NCBI GenBank assembly: GCA_945905745.1
Contig: CAMDQF010000001.1
Location: 1 to 63,609, forward strand
Origin: Litorilinea aerophila
GTDB lineage: Bacteria > Chloroflexota > Anaerolineae > Caldilineales > Caldilineaceae
Length of the DNA stretch: 63,609 bases
Direction: 5' to 3'
Positions 54,809 through 63,438 of the stretch are shown here, piece by piece. Each line of letters begins with the position of its first letter. Positions within the stretch are counted from its first letter, which is position 1. Both the position numbers and the translations under genes were made by a program. Below the pieces are notes generated by a model, which saw only the letters and a list, made by a program, of their open reading frames with translations, had not been told where the DNA came from and did not search any database.

Positions 54809-54837
54809 TTGACAACCCGGCGCGCATCCGCTATAGT
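54809..54837 (+). promoter_or_regulatory. consensus sigma70-type promoter
   Basis: TTGACA (54809-54814), 17-nt spacer, TATAGT (54832-54837). It lies 38 nt upstream of the LMW-PTP start. Confidence 0.55.
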
Positions 54838-54874
54838 CCCGACAGGAAATCAGTTCATTCAGGAGTGCTGTCCA

Positions 54875-55339
54875 ATGCCAAACGTTCTCTTTATCTGCAC
54901 CGCCAACCAGTGTCGGTCGCCTATGGCCGAAGTGATTGGCCGGGATCTGCTCACACGCGCCTATCCAGCCAATGGGTGGCGGGTTGGCTCGGCGGGTGTA
55001 CGGGCTGTGGACGGCTACCCAGCCACCCCTGCGTCGGCCACAGTGGCGGGCCGCCACGGCTTCGACCTCAGCCGTCACAGCAGCCGGGCACTCAGCGCCG
55101 CTCTCGTAACAGAGACCGACCTGCTGGTGACAATGGAAGCGGCCCACAAACAGGCCATTTTGCGCGCATTCCCACAGGCCAGCGATCGGGTCTTTGTCCT
55201 GTCAGAACTGATCGGACGGAGCGAAGATGTGGAGGATCCCATCGGACTGGCCTTTGCCGAATACGAACGCACCTATCATCTGCTGGAAGAGTGGATCGGC
55301 CAGGCCCTGCCCCGTATGGTTGAACTGATGGGTGAATAA
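54875..55339 (+). CDS. low-molecular-weight phosphotyrosine phosphatase / ArsC-like
   Basis: CTANQCRS (C-x5-R-S) P-loop and a DP motif (VEDPIG). AGGAG RBS. Confidence 0.85.
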   Translation: MPNVLFICTANQCRSPMAEVIGRDLLTRAYPANGWRVGSAGVRAVDGYPATPASATVAGRHGFDLSRHSSRALSAALVTETDLLVTMEAAHKQAILRAFPQASDRVFVLSELIGRSEDVEDPIGLAFAEYERTYHLLEEWIGQALPRMVELMGE

Positions 55340-55367
55340 AACCAACGCAAGAACGCAGACTTTTCCG

Positions 55368-55386
55368 GACGGAATACCATTCCGTC
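55368..55386. repeat. third copy of the GACGGAATNCCATTCCGTC palindrome
   Basis: gacggaataccattccgtc followed by ctac, as at 10271-10293. Confidence 0.65.
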
Positions 55387-55404
55387 CTACCAGGAGCAAC
55401 GATT

Positions 55405-56211
55405 GTGAACGAACGCTATCGAGTGAAACCAGAGCAGAAGATCGACCTGAGCGAGTGGGACCCCTCGGATACCACCGCCTTTGATGGGGACAAAGAGGCA
55501 GGCGAGGAGGCCACGGCAAAGCTCAACAAAGGGCTGGAAGCTTTGCAGGAGTTGCTCTATGCCGAGGGCAAGCGCAAAGTGCTGCTTGTTCTCCAGGCAA
55601 TGGATACGGGTGGCAAAGATGGGGTCATCCGCCACGTCTTCGACGGGGTCAACCCCCAGGGCGTGAAGGTTGCCAGCTTCAAACGACCCACGCCGGAAGA
55701 ACTGGCCCACGACTATCTCTGGCGGGTGCACAAAGTGACACCCGGCTCCGGGGAGATCGTCATCTTCAACCGCAGCCACTACGAGGATGTGCTGGTGGTG
55801 CGGGTCCACAATCTGGTTCCCGAAGGAGTGTGGAGCCGACGCTACGACCAGATCAATGCCTTCGAGAAACAACTGGCCGAGGAGGGCACGACAATCCTCA
55901 AATTCTTCCTGCATATCAACAAAGACGAGCAGAAGGAGCGCTTGCAGGCCCGGCTGGACGAACCGGACAAGAACTGGAAATTTGCCTCGGGGGATCTAGC
56001 CGAACGCGCCCTCTGGCCCGAATATCAAAAAGCCTACGAAGCTGTTCTCTCGCGAACCAGCACCGCCCACGCGCCCTGGTACATCATCCCCGCCAACCGT
56101 AAGTGGTACCGGGATCTGGTCATTTCCCAGATTTTGGTCGAGACGCTGGAAGGGCTGGAGATGCGCTTTCCCCCAGCCGAAGAGGGGCTGGATAGGATTG
56201 TGATCGATTGA
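55405..56211 (+). CDS. ppk2: polyphosphate kinase 2 family protein
   Basis: LVLQAMDTGGKDG Walker A-like motif and PPK2-typical length. GTG start. Confidence 0.88.
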   Translation: MNERYRVKPEQKIDLSEWDPSDTTAFDGDKEAGEEATAKLNKGLEALQELLYAEGKRKVLLVLQAMDTGGKDGVIRHVFDGVNPQGVKVASFKRPTPEELAHDYLWRVHKVTPGSGEIVIFNRSHYEDVLVVRVHNLVPEGVWSRRYDQINAFEKQLAEEGTTILKFFLHINKDEQKERLQARLDEPDKNWKFASGDLAERALWPEYQKAYEAVLSRTSTAHAPWYIIPANRKWYRDLVISQILVETLEGLEMRFPPAEEGLDRIVID

Positions 56212-56213
56212 CG

Positions 56214-57110
56214 ATGACAGCCCATAGCCACTTTACCACTGCCCGTCGCCGTCTGGATCGAAGCTCCTTTCCCTGGCGGCTCTATGCCAGAGCCCTGCGC
56301 CAAGGGGTCTGGAATCCCCACGCCATCGACTTCCGCCAGGATCGCCAGGACTGGCTGGCGCTGACTCCACTTCAACAAGATGTGCTCCTGCGGCTGACCG
56401 GGATGTTTCAGGCCAGAGAGGAAGCCGTCACCCTCGATCTGCTGCCATTGGTCCAGGCTGTCGCCCAGGAAGGACGGCTGGAAGAAGAACTCTTTCTCAC
56501 CACATTTCTGGCCGACGAAGCCAAACACACCGACTTCTTCAACACGTTTTTGGAGGAGGTAGCAGAATATACGGGCGATCTCTCCGCCTATCACCAGGCC
56601 AACTACCAGGCTGTCTTTTACGAAGCCCTACCCAACGCGCTGGGGCGGCTGCGCCAGGATTCTTCCCCGGTGGCCCAGGTGCGGGCTGCCGTCACCTACA
56701 ATTTGATCGTAGAAGGGGTGCTGGCGGAGACCGGCTATCACGCCTATCTGACTGTGCTGGAAGAGAACGCCATCCTGCCCGGCCAGCAGCAGGGCATTGT
56801 CCACCTGAAGCAGGACGAATCCCGCCACATCGCATTCGGCATCTATCTGATCGAGCGGTTGATTGCTGCCGAGCCGGAGCTATGGGAGGTGGCCCAGACA
56901 CAGATGAACGAGCTGCTGATGCCCGCTCTGGGGGTTGTCCAGGAGACCTTCGACATCTACGGCGAGGCCATGCCCTTTGGCCTGACCCCGCAGGTCTTTA
57001 CTGACTACGCGCTGAGTCAGTTCGAGAGCCGGCTCAATCGCATTGCCTCTGCAGCTCAGATGACACCGGCAGCCGTGGACCGCCGCTATCGCCAGGAATC
57101 TTATGACTGA
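56214..57110 (+). CDS. ferritin-like diiron/Mn-Fe protein of the R2 family, R2lox/R2c-like
   Basis: Candidate ligand motifs REEAV, ADEAKH, VEG..AE and QDESRH. The residue at H+4 after the first ExxH is Phe, not the radical Tyr. Confidence 0.75.
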   Translation: MTAHSHFTTARRRLDRSSFPWRLYARALRQGVWNPHAIDFRQDRQDWLALTPLQQDVLLRLTGMFQAREEAVTLDLLPLVQAVAQEGRLEEELFLTTFLADEAKHTDFFNTFLEEVAEYTGDLSAYHQANYQAVFYEALPNALGRLRQDSSPVAQVRAAVTYNLIVEGVLAETGYHAYLTVLEENAILPGQQQGIVHLKQDESRHIAFGIYLIERLIAAEPELWEVAQTQMNELLMPALGVVQETFDIYGEAMPFGLTPQVFTDYALSQFESRLNRIASAAQMTPAAVDRRYRQESYD

Positions 57111-58233
57111 CCTCTCCGCATTTGCCACCCAATCCGGCACCGAACGCTACGCCCGGCGCTTTGCCCATCTGGCCCCGGACTATTTCCGCGCCCGCTATGG
57201 CTTGCAGATGAGCAGCATCGGGCTGGGGACCTATCAGGGCGGAGTCAACAACACGACGTCGGCGGGCTATGTGGAGAGTGTCGTGGCGGCGGTGATGGGT
57301 GGCTGCAATGTCATCGACACCGCTGTCAACTACCGCCATATGCGCTCGGAGCGGGATGTAGGCACGGCGCTCGCCCGCCTTTTTGCCAACGGCCAGGCCC
57401 AGCGGGATGAGCTGATCGTCAGCACAAAAGGGGGATTTTTGCCCTTCGACGGCGCGCCCCCGCAGGATCGGCTGGCCTTTGTGCAGGCCCGGTTGGAAGA
57501 ACTGGATCTGGTCCCGCTGGAAATGGTGGGCGGCGTCCACTGCATCGCCCCAGCCTATCTCAGCCAGCAGATCGGTGTCAGCTTAAAAAATCTGGGGCTG
57601 AAAACGATTGACATCTACTACCTGCACAACCCAGAGACCCAACTCCAATACGTCACCCCCGACGAGTTCCGCGCCCGTCTACGCGCTGCTTTTGAACGGC
57701 TGGAACAGGAAGCCGCCGACGGGCGCATCCGCTTTTACGGCATCGCCACCTGGGACGGGCTGCGGGTGGGACGCAACGACCGGCGCTATCTGCCCCTCGC
57801 CCAACTGCTGGAGATGGCCCAACAAGTGGGCGGCGAGAATCACCGCTTTCGTTTTGTGCAGTTTCCCTACAATCTGGGGATGTTGGAGCCGGTGGTGGAG
57901 AACAGTCAGCCCTTCGAGGGGGTGGTGGCGGGAAAGCAGGAGAAGCGGATGCTCCCGCTGCTGGCCGCGGCCCGCCAGTTGGGGCTGGTGGCCGTCGGCT
58001 CCGCGGGGCTGATGCAGCGGGAAGTGCTGGACAATGTGCCGGACGAGGTGATGGAGGCGTTGGGCGGCTGGGAGAGCGACGCGCAGGCAGCCATCCACTT
58101 CAACCGCAGCACCCCCGCCCTGACGACGACACTGGTGGGGATGTCAAACCCCGCGCACGTGCGGGAAAATCTGCGGGCCGCGGAACGGGCAGGGATGGAT
58201 GCGCAGGCGTTCTGGGAATTGTTGAAGGAATAG
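57103..58233 (+). CDS. aldo/keto reductase
   Basis: AKR-like blocks (IDTAVNYRH, YYLHNP). The start overlaps the upstream gene by 8 nt. Confidence 0.88.
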   Translation: MTDLSAFATQSGTERYARRFAHLAPDYFRARYGLQMSSIGLGTYQGGVNNTTSAGYVESVVAAVMGGCNVIDTAVNYRHMRSERDVGTALARLFANGQAQRDELIVSTKGGFLPFDGAPPQDRLAFVQARLEELDLVPLEMVGGVHCIAPAYLSQQIGVSLKNLGLKTIDIYYLHNPETQLQYVTPDEFRARLRAAFERLEQEAADGRIRFYGIATWDGLRVGRNDRRYLPLAQLLEMAQQVGGENHRFRFVQFPYNLGMLEPVVENSQPFEGVVAGKQEKRMLPLLAAARQLGLVAVGSAGLMQREVLDNVPDEVMEALGGWESDAQAAIHFNRSTPALTTTLVGMSNPAHVRENLRAAERAGMDAQAFWELLKE

Positions 58234-58245
58234 ACGAGCAAACCG

Positions 58246-59274
58246 CTACAGTTCTTCGACTTTTGTGTAGTAAATAGTGCGCCCGCGCCCGTGCCGCTGA
58301 ATCAAACCCAATTCGATCAGTTTTTTGAAATCCAGGCTGCGGGTAGCCTTGGCCCGTTCGGTCAGCTTGGCATAGTCCCGGTCTGTGACAAAGCCGTTCT
58401 GATCGATATAGTCCAATATTTGTTGATGATGCGCTTGCAGGCGGGAAGCGGGCGTGGATGTAGTCTGGATGAAGGATTTTTCCAGGCGCAGCAGCTCATC
58501 CAGGATGCCGTCGGCGAAATACTCCAGCCAAGTTGTAAAATCGAGGCTATCTACCAATTCGTAATAATTGCCAAAGAGACCAACCCGTTGAAAATAATGG
58601 GTGACATTTTGGTTGTAATAGTTCTCAAAGCTGACCAGCTTAGAAAAATCAAGCCCCAGGTCAGCCAGCAGCACATTAGTTGCCAATCGCGCTGTACGTC
58701 CGTTACCGTCGATAAAAGGATGGATGATCACAAACTGTTTGTGAAAAAGGCCGGCCAGCAAGAGAGGATCGAGGCTTGCCTGCTCTGTCTGCGCAAAGCT
58801 GACCAATTCATCCATCAGGCGGGCCACATCCTGATGGTCCGGCGGCAAATAGACGATACCCCCGCTGCGCGGCTCATAGACGACCACTGGTTCCTGTCGC
58901 CATACACCCACCTGGTGTGATGGCAGCAACTCGGCAGTTACCCCGCCATGAATCTGCAAGATCAACTCCGCCGTAAATTCTTTGTCTGTGAGCTCCTGAA
59001 GTTGAATCAACACCTGATTATAGTTCAGCACCTCCTGCTCGCTCTGCCGCGCCGATTCGGGACGATTTTTGAGCAATCGCCGCACGTCGGTCAAGGGCAG
59101 CGGGTTGCCTTCAATGCTGGTAGAGGCATACGCAGACAGATCACGTGCTGCCGAGAGCATCTGGGCCATTTGAAGCTGGGTCAATTGACGCTGATTCAAT
59201 CTATGGACCAGCAGTGTAATCTGTTTGATGGTGCGTAGGAGTTTGGGAGAAATCTGATAGCGTGGCTGAAACAT
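58246..59274 (-). CDS. Fic-family protein (class II, N-terminal inhibitory motif) with a C-terminal winged-helix-like tail
   Basis: HPFIDGNGRTARL Fic motif. STSIEGN matches (S/T)xxxE(G/N). Confidence 0.9.
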   Translation of the reverse strand: MFQPRYQISPKLLRTIKQITLLVHRLNQRQLTQLQMAQMLSAARDLSAYASTSIEGNPLPLTDVRRLLKNRPESARQSEQEVLNYNQVLIQLQELTDKEFTAELILQIHGGVTAELLPSHQVGVWRQEPVVVYEPRSGGIVYLPPDHQDVARLMDELVSFAQTEQASLDPLLLAGLFHKQFVIIHPFIDGNGRTARLATNVLLADLGLDFSKLVSFENYYNQNVTHYFQRVGLFGNYYELVDSLDFTTWLEYFADGILDELLRLEKSFIQTTSTPASRLQAHHQQILDYIDQNGFVTDRDYAKLTERAKATRSLDFKKLIELGLIQRHGRGRTIYYTKVEEL

Positions 59275-59340
59275 TGCGCCTCCCAGACTGCCCGCCAGGG
59301 ATGGCGGCGCTCCCGGTGTGGATGAAATAGTGCGCCTCCT

Positions 59341-59375
59341 TTATCGTCTAATTATAGACGATAATTAGACGATAA
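59341..59375. promoter_or_regulatory. AT-rich operator-like repeat upstream of fic
   Basis: TTATCGTCTA atta TAGACGATAA t TAGACGATAA, an inverted repeat plus a third direct copy. It overlaps a TATAAT on the minus strand. Confidence 0.5.
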
Positions 59376-59435
59376 ACCAAACCTCAGGAAGGATTTTCAC
59401 AAAGAGATATGCAACCGGCACTGGTCTCTTTGCGG

Positions 59436-60980
59436 TCACACCACCACCTCAATAAAGCGCGGCCCTGACTCGGCGATCCCCGCGGCCAGCGCGTCCACGT
59501 ATTCCTCCCCCGTCGTCACCCGGCAAGCGGGCACGCCCATCCCTTGGGCCAACTGCACCCAATCGATGGCCGGGTTGTCCAACGAAAGCACGGCTCCCGC
59601 TTTGGGGCCGGATGCGTTCGGGGCCAGGTTGCGCAATTCTCCCTGCAAAATCGCATAGGAACGGTTGGCGAAGAGAATCGTCGTCACCTCCAGTTGCTCC
59701 CGGGCCTGGGTCCACAGAGCCTGCAGGGTGTACATGGCCGAGCCGTCCGACTCCATGGCAAAGACCCGGCGATCCGGGCAAGCGACCGCTGCACCGGTGG
59801 CCGCGGGCATTCCCTGGCCGATGGAGCCGCCGGTGATGTGCATCCAGTCGTGGGGCGGCGCGCTGGACATCCACTGGTGTGCGCTGCGCCCGGAGGTGAT
59901 GGACTCGTCGGAGATGATCGCGCCTTCGGGCAGAAGGCTGGCGAGACCGGCCCAAACCTTCTCCACGCTGATGGGGCCGGTGGGCAAAGCCGGACGGGAG
60001 AGTTGGTGGACAGCGTGCAGCCGATCGGGCGCATCCAACTCGTCGGCCAGAGCAGCCAGGCCGGCCAGACAGTCGCTGTGCAGACCGGCCAGCTCGTGCA
60101 TCTGGCAGTCGGGCGGGGCCAGGAGGCTGGGCTTGCCCGGATAGGCGAAGAAGGCCACCGGCGGATGTGCGCCGACCAGAATCATCTGCTCGATGCCAGC
60201 CAGCATCGCCACCGCCTGATCCACCGGATAGGGGATGCGATCCACCACCGGCAGACCCGCGCCTCGGGTCACCCGCCGCCCGGAGCGTGCGCCGATCAGT
60301 TGAGCGCCGGTGGCCGCGGCAATCCGGCTGGCCATGCGCTGGGACGCCTCGTCCATCACTGTTTCACCCAGCACCAGGGCTGTGCGCCGCCCATTGTGGA
60401 GCAGGGCCGCGGCCTCTGTCACTCGTTGCGGATCGATGACCGCGGGCTGGGGCGTGGGTGGCACTGCTGCCACTACACCGCCCTCCTCCCAGGCCGCGTC
60501 GCCGGGCAGAATGAGGGTGGCGACCTGTCCGGCGCCGGTACGGGCGGCGGCGATGGCTGCTGCGCCATCACCGCCGACGGCGGCTGAACTGCTGGCTGTG
60601 CGCACCCAGCCGGAGACAGTCCAGGCCAGGGCGTCGATGTCCGCGGTCAGGGGCGCATTGTGTTGGATGTGCCAGGTGGCGTGCTCGCCCACGATATTAA
60701 CCAGGGGTGTGTGGGCCTTGTGGGCGTTGTGCAAGTTGGCAATACCGTTGCCCAGCCCTGGTCCCAGATGGAGCAGCGTCGCCGCTGGTTTGCCCGCCAT
60801 CCGTCCGTAGCCGTCAGCCGCGCCGGTCGCCACCCCTTCAAAGAGACAGAGCACCCCGCGCATAGCGGGCACACTGTCCAACGCGGCCACAAAGTGCATC
60901 TCCGACGTGCCCGGATTCATAAAACAGACATCCACTCCACCGTTGACGAGAGTGTGGATCAGACTTTCTGCGCCGTTCAT
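59436..60980 (-). CDS. thiamine pyrophosphate-dependent enzyme (acetolactate synthase large subunit-like)
   Basis: TPP_enzyme_N-like N-terminus (LVNGGVDVCFMNPGTSEMHF) and a C-terminal TPP-binding block. Start moved to MNGAES because the ORF-track extension translates a tandem repeat. Confidence 0.85.
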   Translation of the reverse strand: MNGAESLIHTLVNGGVDVCFMNPGTSEMHFVAALDSVPAMRGVLCLFEGVATGAADGYGRMAGKPAATLLHLGPGLGNGIANLHNAHKAHTPLVNIVGEHATWHIQHNAPLTADIDALAWTVSGWVRTASSSAAVGGDGAAAIAAARTGAGQVATLILPGDAAWEEGGVVAAVPPTPQPAVIDPQRVTEAAALLHNGRRTALVLGETVMDEASQRMASRIAAATGAQLIGARSGRRVTRGAGLPVVDRIPYPVDQAVAMLAGIEQMILVGAHPPVAFFAYPGKPSLLAPPDCQMHELAGLHSDCLAGLAALADELDAPDRLHAVHQLSRPALPTGPISVEKVWAGLASLLPEGAIISDESITSGRSAHQWMSSAPPHDWMHITGGSIGQGMPAATGAAVACPDRRVFAMESDGSAMYTLQALWTQAREQLEVTTILFANRSYAILQGELRNLAPNASGPKAGAVLSLDNPAIDWVQLAQGMGVPACRVTTGEEYVDALAAGIAESGPRFIEVVV

Positions 60981-61033
60981 AGAGAACCCTTTCAATGCGG
61001 AATGGGGAATGCGAAATAAGTGCGCATCTGCCG

Positions 61034-61085
61034 CCTTTTGCCTTTCCCTTTTGCCTTTCCCTTTTGCCTTTCCCTTTTGCCTTTT
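61034..61085. repeat. 4 tandem copies of the 13-mer CCTTTTGCCTTTC
   Basis: 61034-61046, 61047-61059 and 61060-61072 are identical. 61073-61085 has 1 change. The array is intergenic. Confidence 0.85.
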
Positions 61086-61090
61086 CTCTC

Positions 61091-63346
61091 TCATTTCCAT
61101 CCCGCGTCCAGTGTATGCAACGCCAAAATCGCGTATTCGATGTGATCCGCGCCGCTCTCTTCCAGACGGTCGGCGCATTCGGCCAGGATGGCCTGGGCTG
61201 TGGGATCGAAGTGTTGCGCGGGCATCTGGCGGATGAGTTGGCCCAGGGCGCGGGAGCCGCTCTCCATCTCGCCGTGGCCGAGAACCTCCGTCTCCTCATC
61301 CAGCAGAGAGCGCAGGGCATCGGCACCCGCGTCACCCCGATGCAGGCGACGCTTCAACCCCTGCACCGCCTGGGCTAGGGTCGTGCCGGGGTCCGAGCGT
61401 ACATTGCGGGCCAGGTGGACAAAGTTATTTTCATTGCCCACCAGCCGACCAATCGCCAGGGCCACCTCCAGCCGTGCACCTGGGTTGTCCGTCTTACGCA
61501 GAAGAGTGAGCAGTTCCTGCACAGCCTGGGTTGCGCCCAGTTGGCCCAGGGCTGAGGCAAAGGCCATTTGCAACCCCCGGTTCTCCTCGCCTTGCAGCCG
61601 CTCCCTCAACACAGCCGTCACCTCTGGGTTGCCCAGGGCCCCCAATGCGCGCACACTGTGGGCCTGAATCGAGCGGTAGTCTGAATCCAGCCCCCGCACC
61701 AGTGCGTCATAGGCAGACGGATCGCCGATCCGTCCCAGCGCCCAGGCCGCCACCACCGAAAGAGCCAACTCGCTGCCGTGCAGAATCTCTACCAGCGCGG
61801 CGGTCAGCCGGGGGTCTGCGGGCATCCGAGAGATGGCGATAACTGCCTCGAAGCGCACATTGAAGCGGGGGTCTTGCAGTGCTTCCAGCAGCTCTTCCAC
61901 GGCCAGCAGGCTGCGGGTCTGGCCCAGCCGTTCCGTCACCAGCAGCGTAGACTGCTCGTCTTTGGCCAGATGGTAACGCACGAGTGAGGTCATGGCCAGG
62001 AAGGGGTTGCCACGTAGGAAGATACCCACAAACTCGCCCATCCCCAGACTTTCGGTCAGGCGGATAGCCCGCATAATCAGCAGGCTGACCAGAGGCAGCA
62101 CCAGAGCCAGCCCGAAGAGAGAAATGTAGGGATTGAGGGTGAGGAAAAAAAACTGACCAGTGACGCCCTGGGATGCCTGCAAGAGTTGACCGCCCACCAG
62201 TTGGCTGATCCCACCGGCGATGCCCGTCCAGGCGTTGTAGAGGGCCATATAGTCCGAGCGTTTGGCGCTGGGGACAATGCTGACGTAGAGCATCCGGGCC
62301 GAGCCAATGCCCCACCCCATATCGGCCAGCCCCTGAAAGAGGGCAATACCCAGAGCAACATAGAGGCTGAGGGGAGAATTTTTGGGCATAAGCATCCAGA
62401 GCACTGGCAGGCTCATCCGCAGCAGCAGCCCCCAGAGCATGACCGGTCGGCTGCCGTAGCGGTCTGCGGCCCAGCCCCAGGCAAAACTGGTCGCCAACCC
62501 ACCGGCCAGAGTTCCAATCTGGAGCAGGACGATATTGCCAGACGACAGCCCCACCTGCTCCCCCATGTAGAGGGGCAGAAAGGAGCCGAGGGGAACCGTC
62601 GCCAGGGTCAACAAAGCCACGCCGACAAGATAGCGCATATAGTTGCTGTCGCGCAGGGCTGCGCCCAAATCCCGCTGGCGTTTCTGTTTCGGGCGGTTGG
62701 GCACAGGTACACCGCCGGGAATAAACGAGGCCAGCCAGGTGGAGACGAACCCACTCACAATGCCCACGCTGATCAAAATCACAAAACCGGGCAGCCCGGC
62801 AATGCGCCCCAGCACAAAGCCGCCGACTGTCACAGCGGCAAAGCCCACCACCGAGGCGTAGGTATTGTTGGTAGCCGTATATTTGCCGCGCATAGAGTCC
62901 GGCACATATTCTTGCACCCAGGGCATATTGGCCGTCATCCCAATCGAGCGGACGAGGGAGAAGGCGGCCACTGTGACAGAAATAAAAATGAGCGTAACAT
63001 CCAGCCCATAGGTAGCGGCTACCCAGGGCGTCAGGAGCAAAAAGGTGGCGATAGCCGTGCGCCCGGCCCAGGCTGTAACATAGGTGCGTTTATAGCCTAA
63101 ACGGTTCACGGCTGGCGCGATGAAGATGGAGATCAACCCGGTGAAGGGGAGGAGGGAGAGCAGAAAGCCAATCTGCCCTTTGTTCAGACCCAGTTCATTG
63201 AGAAAGAGGACAAAAATCGAGCCGAAAAAAGTATATTGGACAAAGACCGTATTGGCTGAGTTAGAGGCAATCGACCAGCGCAGCCCCCGCAGCTTTTCGA
63301 TGGTGGTCGGTTCGGCGGGTATTGCATCTGTTGCGGCAGAAGCCAT
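61091..63346 (-). CDS. MFS transporter fused to C-terminal HEAT (PBS-lyase-type) repeats
   Basis: N-terminal ~430 aa form a 12-TM MFS-like region. The C-terminal ~300 aa carry repeated A..ALG..G.P.A...L units. Start set at MASAATD. Confidence 0.8.
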   Translation of the reverse strand: MASAATDAIPAEPTTIEKLRGLRWSIASNSANTVFVQYTFFGSIFVLFLNELGLNKGQIGFLLSLLPFTGLISIFIAPAVNRLGYKRTYVTAWAGRTAIATFLLLTPWVAATYGLDVTLIFISVTVAAFSLVRSIGMTANMPWVQEYVPDSMRGKYTATNNTYASVVGFAAVTVGGFVLGRIAGLPGFVILISVGIVSGFVSTWLASFIPGGVPVPNRPKQKRQRDLGAALRDSNYMRYLVGVALLTLATVPLGSFLPLYMGEQVGLSSGNIVLLQIGTLAGGLATSFAWGWAADRYGSRPVMLWGLLLRMSLPVLWMLMPKNSPLSLYVALGIALFQGLADMGWGIGSARMLYVSIVPSAKRSDYMALYNAWTGIAGGISQLVGGQLLQASQGVTGQFFFLTLNPYISLFGLALVLPLVSLLIMRAIRLTESLGMGEFVGIFLRGNPFLAMTSLVRYHLAKDEQSTLLVTERLGQTRSLLAVEELLEALQDPRFNVRFEAVIAISRMPADPRLTAALVEILHGSELALSVVAAWALGRIGDPSAYDALVRGLDSDYRSIQAHSVRALGALGNPEVTAVLRERLQGEENRGLQMAFASALGQLGATQAVQELLTLLRKTDNPGARLEVALAIGRLVGNENNFVHLARNVRSDPGTTLAQAVQGLKRRLHRGDAGADALRSLLDEETEVLGHGEMESGSRALGQLIRQMPAQHFDPTAQAILAECADRLEESGADHIEYAILALHTLDAGWK

Positions 63347-63438
63347 GACGTGCATCCTCAGAGAATGGGCGGTGTGCGCGAAAAATCCGTCCTCACAGGA
63401 TAGCACGGGGGAGAGGTGGGGGCAAAGAGCGGCTGATC

